Assembly (NCBI GenBank): GCA_044344255.1
Contig: JBIJDH010000005.1
Location: 128,001 to 192,000 of the forward strand
Origin: Myxococcota bacterium
GTDB lineage: Bacteria; Myxococcota_A; UBA796; UBA2385
DNA length: 64,000 nt
Direction: 5' to 3'
Under the pieces are notes generated by a model. That model did not search any database and was not told the DNA's origin. It was given only the letters and a program-made list of their open reading frames with translations. This document shows, piece by piece, positions 1 through 10,233 of this stretch. Numbering within the stretch: position 1 is the first letter of the stretch; every line of letters starts with the position of its first letter. The position numbers and the translations under genes were made by a program.

Positions 1-1653
1 GAGGCCCTGGCGGACAAGGGGGTCAAGGCGAAGGTCGTGCCCTCCCTCACCATCACCTCCCCCGAGGCGGCAGACTGGCTCGCGCCCGGCGACGTCACGG
101 TGGAGGGCACCAGCGCCTATGTGGAGCGGGTCGACGTCAACGGCGCCGCCGCGGCCTTCTCCAACGGTGACCGCTCTTGGAGCGTGCCCGCCACCCTCGA
201 GCGCGGCATCAACCTCATCGACGCCCGCGGCTACGAGGATGACGGCGATGAGCTCGTGGCCAAGGTGGGCGTGCTCGCCGGCACCTTCGGTGACCCAGGC
301 GTGCCCGTCGAGGACGCCATGCTCCTCCGGGTGAACCAGAGCGGCATCGACGAGATCCTGGGCTTGGTCGACAGCTACCTCTCCGTCGAGTCGATCAACG
401 ACATCGCGGTGGGGATGGGCTCCCTCTACAACACAGGCGCGCTGGGCCTCACGCTCGACGCCTACATCGACTCCATCGACTTCGGCACGCCCACCTTCGT
501 GGCCACCCCCGAGACGGGCAAGCTGCACCTCGACGTGGTCATCCCCGACCTCCTCGTCGACATGCGGGTCGAGATCACCGGCTGGACCGACGGCACCATC
601 CCCGCCGCCGTCTATGCAGACTCCGCGCGCCTCAGCGCCGATCTGCTCGTCAACGCCGAGGACGGCCGCCTCTCGGTGGACATGGTCGACCCCTCCATCG
701 AGCTCGAGGGCTTCGGCTACGACATCACCCTGCCCGACTGGCTCACCTGGGTGGACTGGGTGGCGGATCTGTTCACAGGCACCGTCCAGGGGACGCTGGA
801 AGACCTGCTGATCGAGCAGCTCCAGACCCAGGTGCCGGCGCTGCTCGACTCCACCCTCGCTGGCCTCGACCCCTCCTTCGAGACCGAGCTGATGGGCAAG
901 GCGCTCTCCCTCGAGGCCGCCTTCGCCGACGCCGACGTCGATCGGGACGGCATCACGCTCACCCTCGATGTGAACGTGACGATGCCGTCGGACGGCACCC
1001 AGAGCTACCAGGGCTACCTCCTCGCCGCGGGCGACGCCCCCGAGGTCGACCGCACGGCCGACATGGCGGCGGGCGTCTCCGACGACCTGCTCAACCGGCT
1101 GCTCTTCGAGGTCTGGCGGGCCGGCCTGCTCCAGATGGAGATCTCGAGCGAGGACATCTCGCTGCTCTCGCTCATCTTCGAGAAGCTGCACGCCACGGGC
1201 GGCTCGATCGCCCTCGACGCCCGACTGCCGCCGGTGATCATCGAGCAGGACGGCCAGCTCCAGCTCCAGGTGGGCGAGCTCGACACCCGCATCACCACCC
1301 CCGACGGCGAGTTCGGCACCGAGCTGCTCATCAGCATGACCGCCTTCGTCAACATCGAGCCCAAGCTGGAAGACGGGGTCCTCGGCGTAGAGCTCGGGGA
1401 CGCTGACCTCGACCTCACCGTCAAGGACAGCAACTGGGGCGTCGATCCAGACACCATCACCAACATGGTCAACGAGGCCCTCCCCGAAGACCAGGTCAAG
1501 CTGATGCTCAACGCCGCCGTGGTCTCCCTCGTGAGCATCGAGATCCCCGCCCTGCTCGGCTTCGAGCTCGACAGCGCCACCGTGGCCCGCGACGCGGGCG
1601 GGGCCTACTCCGACATCGAGGCCGACGTGGTCTACGTCGGCGTCGAGGAGTAG
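1..1653 (+). CDS. Acidic secreted or lipoprotein-type protein, Ig-like segment plus possible LBP/BPI(TULIP)-like region; 5' end truncated by the window
   Basis: Frame is open from base 1 to TAG at 1651-1653 with strong GC3 codon bias. Segments such as LLRVNQSGID and GVSDDLLNRLLFEVWRAGLL resemble BPI-like proteins (recognised by eye only). Confidence 0.55.
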   Translation, partial: EALADKGVKAKVVPSLTITSPEAADWLAPGDVTVEGTSAYVERVDVNGAAAAFSNGDRSWSVPATLERGINLIDARGYEDDGDELVAKVGVLAGTFGDPGVPVEDAMLLRVNQSGIDEILGLVDSYLSVESINDIAVGMGSLYNTGALGLTLDAYIDSIDFGTPTFVATPETGKLHLDVVIPDLLVDMRVEITGWTDGTIPAAVYADSARLSADLLVNAEDGRLSVDMVDPSIELEGFGYDITLPDWLTWVDWVADLFTGTVQGTLEDLLIEQLQTQVPALLDSTLAGLDPSFETELMGKALSLEAAFADADVDRDGITLTLDVNVTMPSDGTQSYQGYLLAAGDAPEVDRTADMAAGVSDDLLNRLLFEVWRAGLLQMEISSEDISLLSLIFEKLHATGGSIALDARLPPVIIEQDGQLQLQVGELDTRITTPDGEFGTELLISMTAFVNIEPKLEDGVLGVELGDADLDLTVKDSNWGVDPDTITNMVNEALPEDQVKLMLNAAVVSLVSIEIPALLGFELDSATVARDAGGAYSDIEADVVYVGVEE

Positions 1654-2627
1654 GGCGCCCCGGCGGGCACGCCTACCACCCGGCCCGCCAGCCACCAGGA
1701 GAGGAGCACCAGCGGGATCGAGGCCAGGCCGTCCGAGAGGTAGTGCCAGCCGAAGGCGAGCGTGGCGGCCCAGGTGAGCAGGGTGACGGGCACATAGAGC
1801 GGCAGCAGCCGCCGATGGTGCGTCCAGGCCGCGCGGCAGAGCAGCATGCAGTGTCCGACGTGCAGGCTCGGTAGCGCGGCGATGCCCACGAAGGCCCGGG
1901 CGGTGACGGGCTCCCCGGCCGCGGCGGCCGCGACCGCCGCGGTGTGGCTCTTGAGCAGCCACTCCTGGTTCGACCAGCTCTGGAGGCCCTGGTCGCGCAG
2001 CCAGGTGTAGGCCTCGCGGTCGGCGAAGCAGGGGCCGAGGGTGGGCCAGGCGGCCGTGAGCGCCACCCCCATCAGGTAGAGCAGGCCCATCGCGGTGACG
2101 AGGCGACGGAGGCCCAGGAGCTCGCGGTCGAGGAGGAGGAAGACCGAGAGGGTGAGGAAGATGTAGTCGTGGTGGTAGATGTCGTCGAGGAAGGCCATGA
2201 GCGCGGTGTTCGAGCTCAGGCCGAGGGCGGCGGCGCTGAGGTCGACCCCGGTGACCGCGGTCTCGAAGGCGCGCAGCGCCTCGTCATGGACGGCACCGTT
2301 CAGGATCGGGATGCGGGCCTTGATGTTCGAGTAGACGGTGAGGTAGGCGAAGAGGAAGGCCGTGCTGCGCAACAGGGCGATGTCGTTGGCGAAGCCCACG
2401 TTGTCCGGCTGACCACCCTTCCGCCGGCGCCAGGCGTGCCGCAGGCGGGTGGCCGTGAAGAGGAGGGCCAGGTTGAAGCCGAACATCGTGCTGTAGCCGT
2501 CCACGATGCGGCTCACCTGGAAGCCGAGGCCGGCCGCCTGGAAGCCGACGCCCACGAGCAGCAGGATGAGGCCGATCAGGCGCTCCTCCGGCAGCAGTCC
2601 GTCCCAGATCGCGCGCAGCACCTTCAT
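1632..2627 (-). CDS. PAP2-superfamily membrane phosphatase/phosphotransferase (AUR1/IPC-synthase-like, PAP2_3)
   Basis: Several TM helices; motifs PTLGP, AALPSLHVG and GWHYLSD. Confidence 0.8.
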   Translation of the reverse strand: MKVLRAIWDGLLPEERLIGLILLLVGVGFQAAGLGFQVSRIVDGYSTMFGFNLALLFTATRLRHAWRRRKGGQPDNVGFANDIALLRSTAFLFAYLTVYSNIKARIPILNGAVHDEALRAFETAVTGVDLSAAALGLSSNTALMAFLDDIYHHDYIFLTLSVFLLLDRELLGLRRLVTAMGLLYLMGVALTAAWPTLGPCFADREAYTWLRDQGLQSWSNQEWLLKSHTAAVAAAAAGEPVTARAFVGIAALPSLHVGHCMLLCRAAWTHHRRLLPLYVPVTLLTWAATLAFGWHYLSDGLASIPLVLLSWWLAGRVVGVPAGAPYSSTPT

Positions 2628-2673
2628 CCTCGACGTCCTTGTCTGTGCACGGGGCCACCTCTCTCGACGGGGG

Positions 2674-5043
2674 TCACTCTTCAGGGATCTCGCTGGGGTC
2701 GTCCGGGGGCTCTTCGGCGTCGGGCTCGGCCCCCTTCACCGCCGGGACGACGGTGACCTGCGCGATCTTGTGCAGCGTCGCGGTGCCGACGGCGCCGGGC
2801 ACGGCGGCCCCGCTCCAGGTGGTCCAGCCGACCCGCACCACCGCCTCCCCCTCGGGGACGTCGCGGGGGATCTTGAGGCGGAAGGTGTCCTCGACGGTGC
2901 GGCCGGGCGTCCACTCCCAGGTGGGGAGCTGGCCCGCCAGCGGGACCACGCTCGTCGCCCAGCGCGCCTCACCCACCTCGAGCACCGCGCGCAGCCTCCA
3001 GGTCTGGGCCAGGGGCTCGGTGGGGCGCCAGCGGCAGGTCATCCAGAGGCCCTGGTTGCGCACGGCCAGCTTGCCCTCGGTGCTGCAGGTGACGAGCTCC
3101 ATCCCGCCCTCCCAGCGGGCGATGGCGCCGCGGGGGTCGTCGGTCTGGACGCTCGCCTTCCACCGCTCGAGGAGGGCGGTGCTGCGGCCGTTGACCGTGG
3201 CCCGCCAGCCGCGGAGCGCGGCCCGCGCGGGGTCATCGGCCGGGAGGGGCTCGCCCCGCTCTTCGAGGGGGTCGCTGGAGAGGTCGTAGCGGAGGAGCGG
3301 GCCGTCCTGGTAGAGGTCGACCACCTTCTGGTCGCCCGCGCGCGCGGCGAGGCAGCGGAAGGAGCGCCAGCAGGAGTGGTAGAGCGGCCGGTCCGCAGGG
3401 ACGTCGGAGAGCAGGCTCTGGCCGGGGAGCCAGCCCCCGGTGCGCTCGGCGCCCACGAGCTCGAGCACGGTGGGCAGGATGTCGGTCTGGTCGCGGTTGC
3501 CCTCGATCCACCCGGTGCGGCCGCCGAGGACACCCGGGCCGTAGAGCACCATCGGCACGTGCAGGCCCTCGTCGTAGATGACGAGGTCGTGCTGGAAGCG
3601 CCCGTGCTCGCCGAAGGCCTCGCCGTGGTCGCCGACGACGATGAAGAGGGTGTTGTCGGCGAGGCCGCGCTCCTCGTAGCCCCGGATGAGGCGGCCGAGG
3701 AAGTCATCGACGTAGCGGACCGCGTCCTGGTGCTTGGCGGCGTCCCCCGTGAGGCCGGGGACGGCGACCGGCGGCCAGTCCTCGGGCACGCCGTAGTCGT
3801 GGTGGGAGGTCAGGGTGAGGTAGGTCGCGAAGAAGGGCTGGTCGGCGATGGCCTCCGCTCCTTCGGCCGCGCCGCTCGACCAGTCGAGGCCCGGGAGCAG
3901 CATCGCCGCGTCCTCCCGGCCAAAGTAGTTCACCTTGTCGAAGCCCTTGCTGGATAGGGTCTCCCGCGAACGGAAGAGGTCGAAGCCCATGTTGTGGACG
4001 AGGGTGTGGCGGTCTTCGAAGTCGCCGCTGGCAGTCTGAAAGAAGGCCGTGCGGTAGCCGAGCTCGCCCAGGAGCTCGGGTAGGCAGCGGCCGGGCATCC
4101 CGCCGGGGAGGGCCTCGATGATGCGGTAGTCGAGGCGGGCCACCTGACCGCAGAGGAGGGTGGTGATGGCCTTCGAGGTGTGCGGGACGATGGCGTAGAG
4201 CGAGCGGACGGCGAGGCCCTCAGCGGCGAGGCGGTCGAGGGTGGGCGTGGCCGGGCTCGGCGTCAACAGGGCCGGGTTGTACAGCGAGGTGTGGCGGGCG
4301 CCGGTGGACTCGAGGGCGACGAGGACCACGTTTGGCGGCCGCTCGGGCGCGTCGCGGCGAACCGTGATGGGCTCCAGGGTCTCCTTGGCGGGGGGCGCCT
4401 CGACGTCGTTCTTCTCGTTCTGGATGTCGTCCCAGAGCTGCACGAAGACCTGGTTCGACAGGGTTCGGAGGGGGGTGCGGGCGCGGGTGCCCGGGGCGAC
4501 GGCGTCGAAGATCGGGAGGGCGAAGAGCAGGGCCGTGGCGAGCAGCGTCGGCCGCCAGGCCACGGGCCGGGGCCGCCAGAGGGTGACGGCGAGGGTCGCG
4601 AGCAGCGTGAGCAGGGCGCCCGCGAGGTGGCCGGCGTGGATCTCAGACATCACCACCGGCAGCATCTGCTCGGCCGCCCCCAGCAGCTCGCGGATCGCGT
4701 CCCAGTCGGCGCGGGAGCCGGTGACCTTGGCGAAGCTCAGGTCGAGCATCTCGAGGACGGTGATGATCAGCGTGAGCGTGTGGAAGAGGGGCCGCAGCCC
4801 GGCGGAGACCCGCGGGGGGAGCAGGCGGAGGCCGAACAGCCAGGCGCCCACCCAGCCCGTCCAGAAGGCGAGGTCTTCTCGGCTCACCCGCCAGAGCTGG
4901 GTGGGGCCTGCCCTCGGCGAGAGGCTGAGGCAGACGAACACCCGCGTGACCGCCACGAGCGTCATCGGCACGAGGCCCCCCACGAGGACGGGCCAGACAT
5001 GGGCGCCGCCGCTTCGTGCGTCCGGGGTCGGCTGGTCCGCCAA
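2674..5043 (-). CDS. LTA-synthase-like membrane sulfatase/phosphotransferase (alkaline phosphatase superfamily)
   Basis: N-terminal TM helices; PNVVLVALES, catalytic Thr in PHTSKA, SHHDY, GDHGEAFGEHG and HVPMVLYGP. Confidence 0.85.
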   Translation of the reverse strand: MADQPTPDARSGGAHVWPVLVGGLVPMTLVAVTRVFVCLSLSPRAGPTQLWRVSREDLAFWTGWVGAWLFGLRLLPPRVSAGLRPLFHTLTLIITVLEMLDLSFAKVTGSRADWDAIRELLGAAEQMLPVVMSEIHAGHLAGALLTLLATLAVTLWRPRPVAWRPTLLATALLFALPIFDAVAPGTRARTPLRTLSNQVFVQLWDDIQNEKNDVEAPPAKETLEPITVRRDAPERPPNVVLVALESTGARHTSLYNPALLTPSPATPTLDRLAAEGLAVRSLYAIVPHTSKAITTLLCGQVARLDYRIIEALPGGMPGRCLPELLGELGYRTAFFQTASGDFEDRHTLVHNMGFDLFRSRETLSSKGFDKVNYFGREDAAMLLPGLDWSSGAAEGAEAIADQPFFATYLTLTSHHDYGVPEDWPPVAVPGLTGDAAKHQDAVRYVDDFLGRLIRGYEERGLADNTLFIVVGDHGEAFGEHGRFQHDLVIYDEGLHVPMVLYGPGVLGGRTGWIEGNRDQTDILPTVLELVGAERTGGWLPGQSLLSDVPADRPLYHSCWRSFRCLAARAGDQKVVDLYQDGPLLRYDLSSDPLEERGEPLPADDPARAALRGWRATVNGRSTALLERWKASVQTDDPRGAIARWEGGMELVTCSTEGKLAVRNQGLWMTCRWRPTEPLAQTWRLRAVLEVGEARWATSVVPLAGQLPTWEWTPGRTVEDTFRLKIPRDVPEGEAVVRVGWTTWSGAAVPGAVGTATLHKIAQVTVVPAVKGAEPDAEEPPDDPSEIPEE

Positions 5044-5146
5044 TTGGGCTCCTGCTGCGGCCGGGCGGGTCGGGAGGGGGCCCGCGCCGGGGGTGAAGGG
5101 CCCCTATACCGAACCGCCCGCCGCGAAGCCACGGCGGGGCGGCCGC

Positions 5147-6727
5147 CTACCGCCCCGCGCCCTCGCGCCCGTCCACGCCCTCGCAGCCTCGGTCGAGGGT
5201 GACCCGATCGTAGGGGTCGCGAGCGAAGGTCCAGGGGGCGTAGGTCTCGATGACGGGGTCTCCTGCGACCACGAAGGCGTGCAGGTTCGCCGCGCCCTCC
5301 GCGCTGTGGATCCGCGGCCCCCAGCCCACGGCGGGCGCCTCGAGGGTCTCGATCCGCTGGAGGCAGCCACCCGCCGGCTCCTGAGGCCAGGAGACGGTCG
5401 AGCGGGCGAAGAGCACCCCCGGTGGGATGGGCGCGTCCTCCTCCAGGGCCGTCCAGCCGGCGGCCTCGAGCTCGGACTGCCAGCCCCAGTGCCCGGCGAA
5501 GAGGCCCCGGCCCTCGGAGGCCACCCGCCGCGCGAGCTCCTGCTGGGCCACGGCGAGCCGCTGGTCGTCGATGGCGAGCGCCAGCCCGAGCGCGGGTGTG
5601 ATCACCACGGCGAGGGCGAGCAGGCGGGGCGGCGTGGCGCGGAGGGGGATGAGGGCCGCGGGCGCAAAGAAGGGCAGCCAGTAGCGGGCCGCCATGAAGC
5701 GGAGCTCCAGGAAGAAGGCCAGGCCGAGGGCCAGCCAGAGCGCGAGGAAGCGCTGCTCGCGGCTCCGATCGGGCAGGCAGGCCCCGAGGGTGGCCCCGCC
5801 GGCCGCCGTGGCGAGCACGGTGGCGAGGCCGGCGGCGAGCCGGTGATCGACGCTCCAGGTCTCGAAGGAGAGGGCGGTCGCGCCGAGGCCGAGCAGGGCG
5901 CCGAGCAGTGCGCCGAGCCGTGCGCCGGCCCCCGCGCCCCTTCGGGTGAGGCCGAGCAGGGGCAGCACCCCGGCCCCGCCGAGCATGGCCAGGGCCGCCA
6001 CCCCCTTTCGGAAGACGTCGCGCTCGCCCCCGGAGACCCCTTGGAAGCCTGTCATGGCGAGGAGGTGGAGCTCTCCGTACGCGTGGAGGTCGTGGGCCAG
6101 CAGCAGCCCGAGGGGGGTGGCCGCGGCGAGGCCCAGCACCCCCGCCGCGCGGACATCGCGGTGGAGGGCGGCCCAGAGCACGACGAGGGGGAGGAGGGCG
6201 ACCCCGCTGTAGCGGAAGAGGGCGGCGGCGCCGAGCAGGAGCGCCCAGGGCCAGCGCTGGTGGAGGCGACCGCCGGCCCGGACGAGGCCCCCCATGCCGG
6301 CGAGGGTGCAGGCCAGCAGGGGCAGATCGGGCGTGAGGGACTGGGCGGCGAGCAGGGCGATGGGGCTCCCCACGAGGAGGAGGGCGGCGGCGTCTGGGCG
6401 GTCGGCGAAGCGGGCCCCGAGGGCGCGGGCCCCCCAGAGGGCGACCGGCAGCCAGAGCCCCATCCAGGCGTGAAGGAGGGGCACGGGCGCGTCCAGGGCG
6501 ACGAGCGGCGCGAGCCACCAGCCGACGCCGGGCGGGTTGCTGAGCACGTCAAAGGCCCGCTCGGTGTGCCCCTGCCAGTTGATGAGGGCGGCGTGCGGTC
6601 GCCAGGGGTCTTCCACCGCGCCGCGCGCGAGCACGAGGAAGTTCGTGTCGTCGATGTGGACCGGCTTCCCGAGGAAGGGGAGCCAGAGCCCAACGAAGAG
6701 CAGCAGCAGGAGCAGGGGGCGGCGCAC
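5147..6727 (-). CDS. GT-C fold / ArnT-PMT-like integral membrane glycosyltransferase
   Basis: About 12 TM segments; N-terminal loop HIDD followed by SNPPG. Confidence 0.6.
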   Translation of the reverse strand: MRRPLLLLLLFVGLWLPFLGKPVHIDDTNFLVLARGAVEDPWRPHAALINWQGHTERAFDVLSNPPGVGWWLAPLVALDAPVPLLHAWMGLWLPVALWGARALGARFADRPDAAALLLVGSPIALLAAQSLTPDLPLLACTLAGMGGLVRAGGRLHQRWPWALLLGAAALFRYSGVALLPLVVLWAALHRDVRAAGVLGLAAATPLGLLLAHDLHAYGELHLLAMTGFQGVSGGERDVFRKGVAALAMLGGAGVLPLLGLTRRGAGAGARLGALLGALLGLGATALSFETWSVDHRLAAGLATVLATAAGGATLGACLPDRSREQRFLALWLALGLAFFLELRFMAARYWLPFFAPAALIPLRATPPRLLALAVVITPALGLALAIDDQRLAVAQQELARRVASEGRGLFAGHWGWQSELEAAGWTALEEDAPIPPGVLFARSTVSWPQEPAGGCLQRIETLEAPAVGWGPRIHSAEGAANLHAFVVAGDPVIETYAPWTFARDPYDRVTLDRGCEGVDGREGAGR

Positions 6728-6900
6728 ACCCCAGCCTACTCCGGCGGCGCGGCGCGCCAGGGGCCTTCGTGAGGAGGTGTGGGGAGGTGTGGGGGGAGGT
6801 GTCGGGCGTGTGGGAAGTGTGAGGGATGGCTGGGGGCCCCGGTTGGCCTATTCGGAGAGGGTCAGCCGACGCTGTCCTTGAACCCAGATTGGAGCCTCCG

Positions 6901-8499
6901 ATGCGCCTCGCCTCTTTCCCATTGTCCCTTGTCGCCGCCCTGTCCCTCTCCCTCTCCCTTGCCGCCTGCGGGGACAAAGAAGGCAGCTCCGGAAATTCGA
7001 CAGAGGAGGGCGACGCAGACACCGATGCCGACAGCGACGCCGATGCCGATGCCGATGCCGACAGCGACGCCGATGCGGACGCCGACAGCGACGCTGACGC
7101 CGACGCCGATCCCGTGGAGGTCGACGCCGACGGCGACGGTGTGTTGGAGGCCGACGATTGTAACGACGGTGACGCCACCATCCACCCGGGCGCGGCCGAG
7201 GTCTGGTGCGATGGCATCGACCAGGACTGCGACGACCAGGACGTCGGCGGCCACTGGCTGCTCGCCGATGGTGCAGATCCGGTGGACATGACCGCGACCC
7301 TCGAGGCCGCCACCGACGAGGCCCCCGCGAGCATCGAGCTCGTGGACGCGACCCTCCAGGTCTGCGGTGGGGAGTGGCCGGTCGCCATCACCGTCAGCGG
7401 CGAGGGCGCCATCGAGGGGGGTGACGGGGCCACCCTGCGTGTGCCCGCAGGCGCCTATGGGATCTGGGTCAATGGCAGCTCGGCGGCGACCCTCTCCGAC
7501 ATCCGGGTGACCGGCGGCTACGTCGCGGTGTATGGGGGCGCGGCCTCGGAGGTCACGCTCGAGCGGGTCGAGCTGGTGGACGGCTGGACGGGGATCAACC
7601 TCCCCGCCGATGGACACCTCGAGATGAACGACTCGGTGATCTCGGGTCAGGACGGCGCCGGCATGTGGACCGGGAACTCCGAGATCAACATTCACGGAGG
7701 CTCGATCACGGACAACTATTCGGGCAACAACGGTGCGATCACCCTGTTCGGAGGAACGCTCTCGGTGGACGGCACCACCTTCTCCGGCAACATCAGCGGC
7801 GGGAATGGGAGCGCGATCTACGTGTCGAGCGGCTCCGCCTCGATCGCGGGCTCGACGTTCACCAGCAACAGCGGGGCGATCGGCGGGGCCGCCTTCTTCT
7901 CCTTTCCGAGCGCGGTCTCTGTCGAGGACACCCGCTTTGTGTCGAACACCGCTTCGTCTACGGGCGGCGCGATCTACATCACCTCCGCGACCGAGACCGT
8001 TTCCTTCACCGACGTCACCTTCTCCAACAACATGGCGACGAGCTACGCGGGCGCCCTGGCGACGGACTACACCGACGTGACGATGAGCGGCGGCGCCTTT
8101 GAGGCGAACACCGCGGGCTACCAGGGCGGAGCGTGGTACATGAACGGTGACGGCTCTATCGCCGCCTCGGTCTCCGGCACCACCTTCTCGGACAATTGGT
8201 CGGTGAACTCCGGTGTGGTCGCGCTCACCGGCGGGAGCTGGACCCAGTCCGGCGGGACCTTCAGCCGCAACACCTCGACCGCCTGGGGCGGCCTCGTCAC
8301 CTTTGGCTGCTCGACGACCCTCTCCTTCAGCGCGGTCGCCCTCGGCTCGGGGGCCGACGCCAACTCCCCGGATGGAGTCTACGATGCGTCGGGTGACCTC
8401 TTTGACGGCGCCTCCCTCGACCTCTCCTGCACCAACGGCGAGTGTGACGGCGGCGCCTCGAACGCCTGCGACGGCGGGGTCTCGCACGCCGCGATCTGA
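6901..8499 (+). CDS. Surface lipoprotein: Asp-Ala repeat linker, MopE-related putative metal-binding motif, and beta-helix (polymorphic OMP GGAI/FxxN) repeats
   Basis: Lipobox LAAC; DADxDADAD repeats; DCNDGDATIHPGAAEVWCDGIDQDCD; repeated FxxN...GGA(I) motifs. Confidence 0.8.
   Translation: MRLASFPLSLVAALSLSLSLAACGDKEGSSGNSTEEGDADTDADSDADADADADSDADADADSDADADADPVEVDADGDGVLEADDCNDGDATIHPGAAEVWCDGIDQDCDDQDVGGHWLLADGADPVDMTATLEAATDEAPASIELVDATLQVCGGEWPVAITVSGEGAIEGGDGATLRVPAGAYGIWVNGSSAATLSDIRVTGGYVAVYGGAASEVTLERVELVDGWTGINLPADGHLEMNDSVISGQDGAGMWTGNSEINIHGGSITDNYSGNNGAITLFGGTLSVDGTTFSGNISGGNGSAIYVSSGSASIAGSTFTSNSGAIGGAAFFSFPSAVSVEDTRFVSNTASSTGGAIYITSATETVSFTDVTFSNNMATSYAGALATDYTDVTMSGGAFEANTAGYQGGAWYMNGDGSIAASVSGTTFSDNWSVNSGVVALTGGSWTQSGGTFSRNTSTAWGGLVTFGCSTTLSFSAVALGSGADANSPDGVYDASGDLFDGASLDLSCTNGECDGGASNACDGGVSHAAI
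7012..7110 (+). repeat. Coding low-complexity repeat (Asp-Ala/Ser)n
   Basis: gacgccgatgccgacagc-type tandem units. Confidence 0.9.
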
Positions 8500-8511
8500 C
8501 CTGGACACCCC

Positions 8512-8550
8512 ATCAGATCGGCGGGCCCCTCGCGCCGATCTGATTCATCT
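8512..8550 (+). terminator. Probable intrinsic terminator hairpin
   Basis: Perfect 12-bp stem ATCAGATCGGCG / CGCCGATCTGAT with a 9-nt loop, starting 13 nt after the stop at 8499; weak T-rich tail. Confidence 0.6.
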
Positions 8551-8598
8551 CTGGGCCCTGGCGTGAGAGAGAAGATCGGAGCGATGGGCATCGCCGAG

Positions 8599-8615
8599 TT
8601 GGCACGGTGGTTGCT
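8599..8615 (+). promoter_or_regulatory. Sigma54 (-24/-12) promoter
   Basis: TTGGCACGGTGGTTGCT matches the consensus YTGGCACGRNNNTTGCW exactly; lies about 45 nt upstream of GGAG-RBS/ATG 8660. Confidence 0.8.
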
Positions 8616-8659
8616 CTCGTCTTGGCTTCGCCTCGTTCATCCCTCGCATCGGAGAAATA

Positions 8660-9403
8660 ATGACCCACGACGCCACCCAGGTCCTCGAGTCTGACATCGC
8701 CCACATCCGCCGGGGCGCCCGCGCGGACATGGGGCAGGGAGCGGTCACTCCCGGATATTCGGCCAATCGGGGAGAGGTGGTGCGCATCCTGAACGGCGCG
8801 CTGGCGACAGAGCTCGTCTGCATGATGCGGTATCGGCGACATCACTTCATGGCCCGCGGGCTCGCCGCGCGCTCGGCGGCCGAGGAGTTCCTGACCCACG
8901 CCGGTCAGGAGCTCGTCCACGTCGATCAGCTCGCCGCGCGGATCGTGCAGCTGAATGGGGAGCCGAACTTCAACCCGAGCGGCCTCGCGGAGCGTTCGAG
9001 CGCGGAGTAAGTCGAAGGGGTGACGCTCGTGGACATGATCCGCGAGAACCTCGTGGCGGAGCGCATCGCCATCGACTCCTACCGCGCGATGATCTCCTTC
9101 CTGTCCACGGATGACCCCACCACCCGCCGCCTGTTGGAGAGCATCCTGGCGGTGGAGGAGGAGCACGCCGACGACATGGCCGACCTCCTCCGCGACCACC
9201 AGCCGGCAGAGGTCGAGGCCGCCCCGCCGTTGGAGGCGACCTCGACCCTGGAGGCCACCCCGACGCTCTCGACGGCCACCGCTGAGGTGGCTGTGGCGGC
9301 GACCAACACCGCTCCCGTCACCTCGGACACGGACCGCCACCGGGACCTCGGCCTGGAGGACCCTGCGGCCTCGACCGCGCTACCCGGCGGTCGGGTGCGA
9401 TAG
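8660..9403 (+). pseudogene. Bacterioferritin/DPS-like ferritin-family protein interrupted by an in-frame TAA (9008-9010)
   Basis: ALATELVC..RYRRH, ExxH motifs, LVAERIAIDSY and DPTTRRLLESILAVEEEHADD. ORFs 8660-9010 and 9020-9403 are in the same frame and read RSSAE*VEG where homologs have AEYVEG. Confidence 0.8.
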
Positions 9404-9567
9404 GCGCGCGCGCCGCCTCCGCCGTCGACGCCACGGGCATGGACGCGCCCTCTGTCTTCGACCTGGTCTGAGCTGCGCGCCGAGTGCCTCGTCGCGGCGC
9501 CGACGGCGGAGTACCTGTCGAGGGTCGGCGCCTGCCCGACCCCACCGACCGCTCGGAGCCCCGCCCC

Positions 9568-10221
9568 ATGACCGCACCCCGTCAACAGCTCGTCGTCCGC
9601 TGCTACATGATGTCTATCGACGGGTTCGGCGCCGGCCTCAACCAGCGGCTCGAGAGGCCCTTCGGTGACCACACCGAGGGCTTGACCGACTGGGTGTTCG
9701 CCACGCGCAGCGGCCGAAAGATGATCGGCCTCGAGGGCGGCGAGGAGAACGCCGATGACGCTTACCTCGCGCACAGCTTCGACAACATCGGCGCGGTCAT
9801 CCTCGGCCGCAACATGTTCGGCACCTCGCGCGGCCCCTGGACCGACGATGGCTGGACTGGCTGGTGGGGCCCGAACCCGCCCTACCACGCGCCCACCTTC
9901 GTCCTCACCCACCATGCGCGCGCGGCCCTCCCGATGGAGGGGGGCACCACCTTCCACTTCGCCACCGACGGGATCGAGGACGCCCTCGAGCGCGCCTTCG
10001 CCGCCGCCAACGGCAAGGACGTGCGCCTTATGGGCGGCGCCGCGACGCTGCGCCAGTACCTCGCCGCCGGCCTCGTCGACGAGCTGCACCTCGCGGTCAC
10101 GCCGATGCTGATCGGTCAGGGCGAGCGGCCCTTCCCCGAGGCGTCGCCGCCCCCCCGCTACGTCTGCGTCGAGCGCACCGCCTCGGCCGCGGTGGTCCAC
10201 CTGCGCTTCGAGCGCCGCTGA
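9568..10221 (+). CDS. Dihydrofolate reductase family (RibD C-terminal) protein
   Basis: MSIDGFGAG, GAVILGRNMF, WWGPNPPYH, GGAAT..QYL.AGLVDELHL. Confidence 0.9.
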   Translation: MTAPRQQLVVRCYMMSIDGFGAGLNQRLERPFGDHTEGLTDWVFATRSGRKMIGLEGGEENADDAYLAHSFDNIGAVILGRNMFGTSRGPWTDDGWTGWWGPNPPYHAPTFVLTHHARAALPMEGGTTFHFATDGIEDALERAFAAANGKDVRLMGGAATLRQYLAAGLVDELHLAVTPMLIGQGERPFPEASPPPRYVCVERTASAAVVHLRFERR

Positions 10222-10233
10222 TCGGCGGCGGAA

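Noticed and set aside
9190..9403. Encapsulin targeting peptide on the ferritin tail
   Set aside because: No L.(V/I)GSL-type motif and no encapsulin gene in the window.
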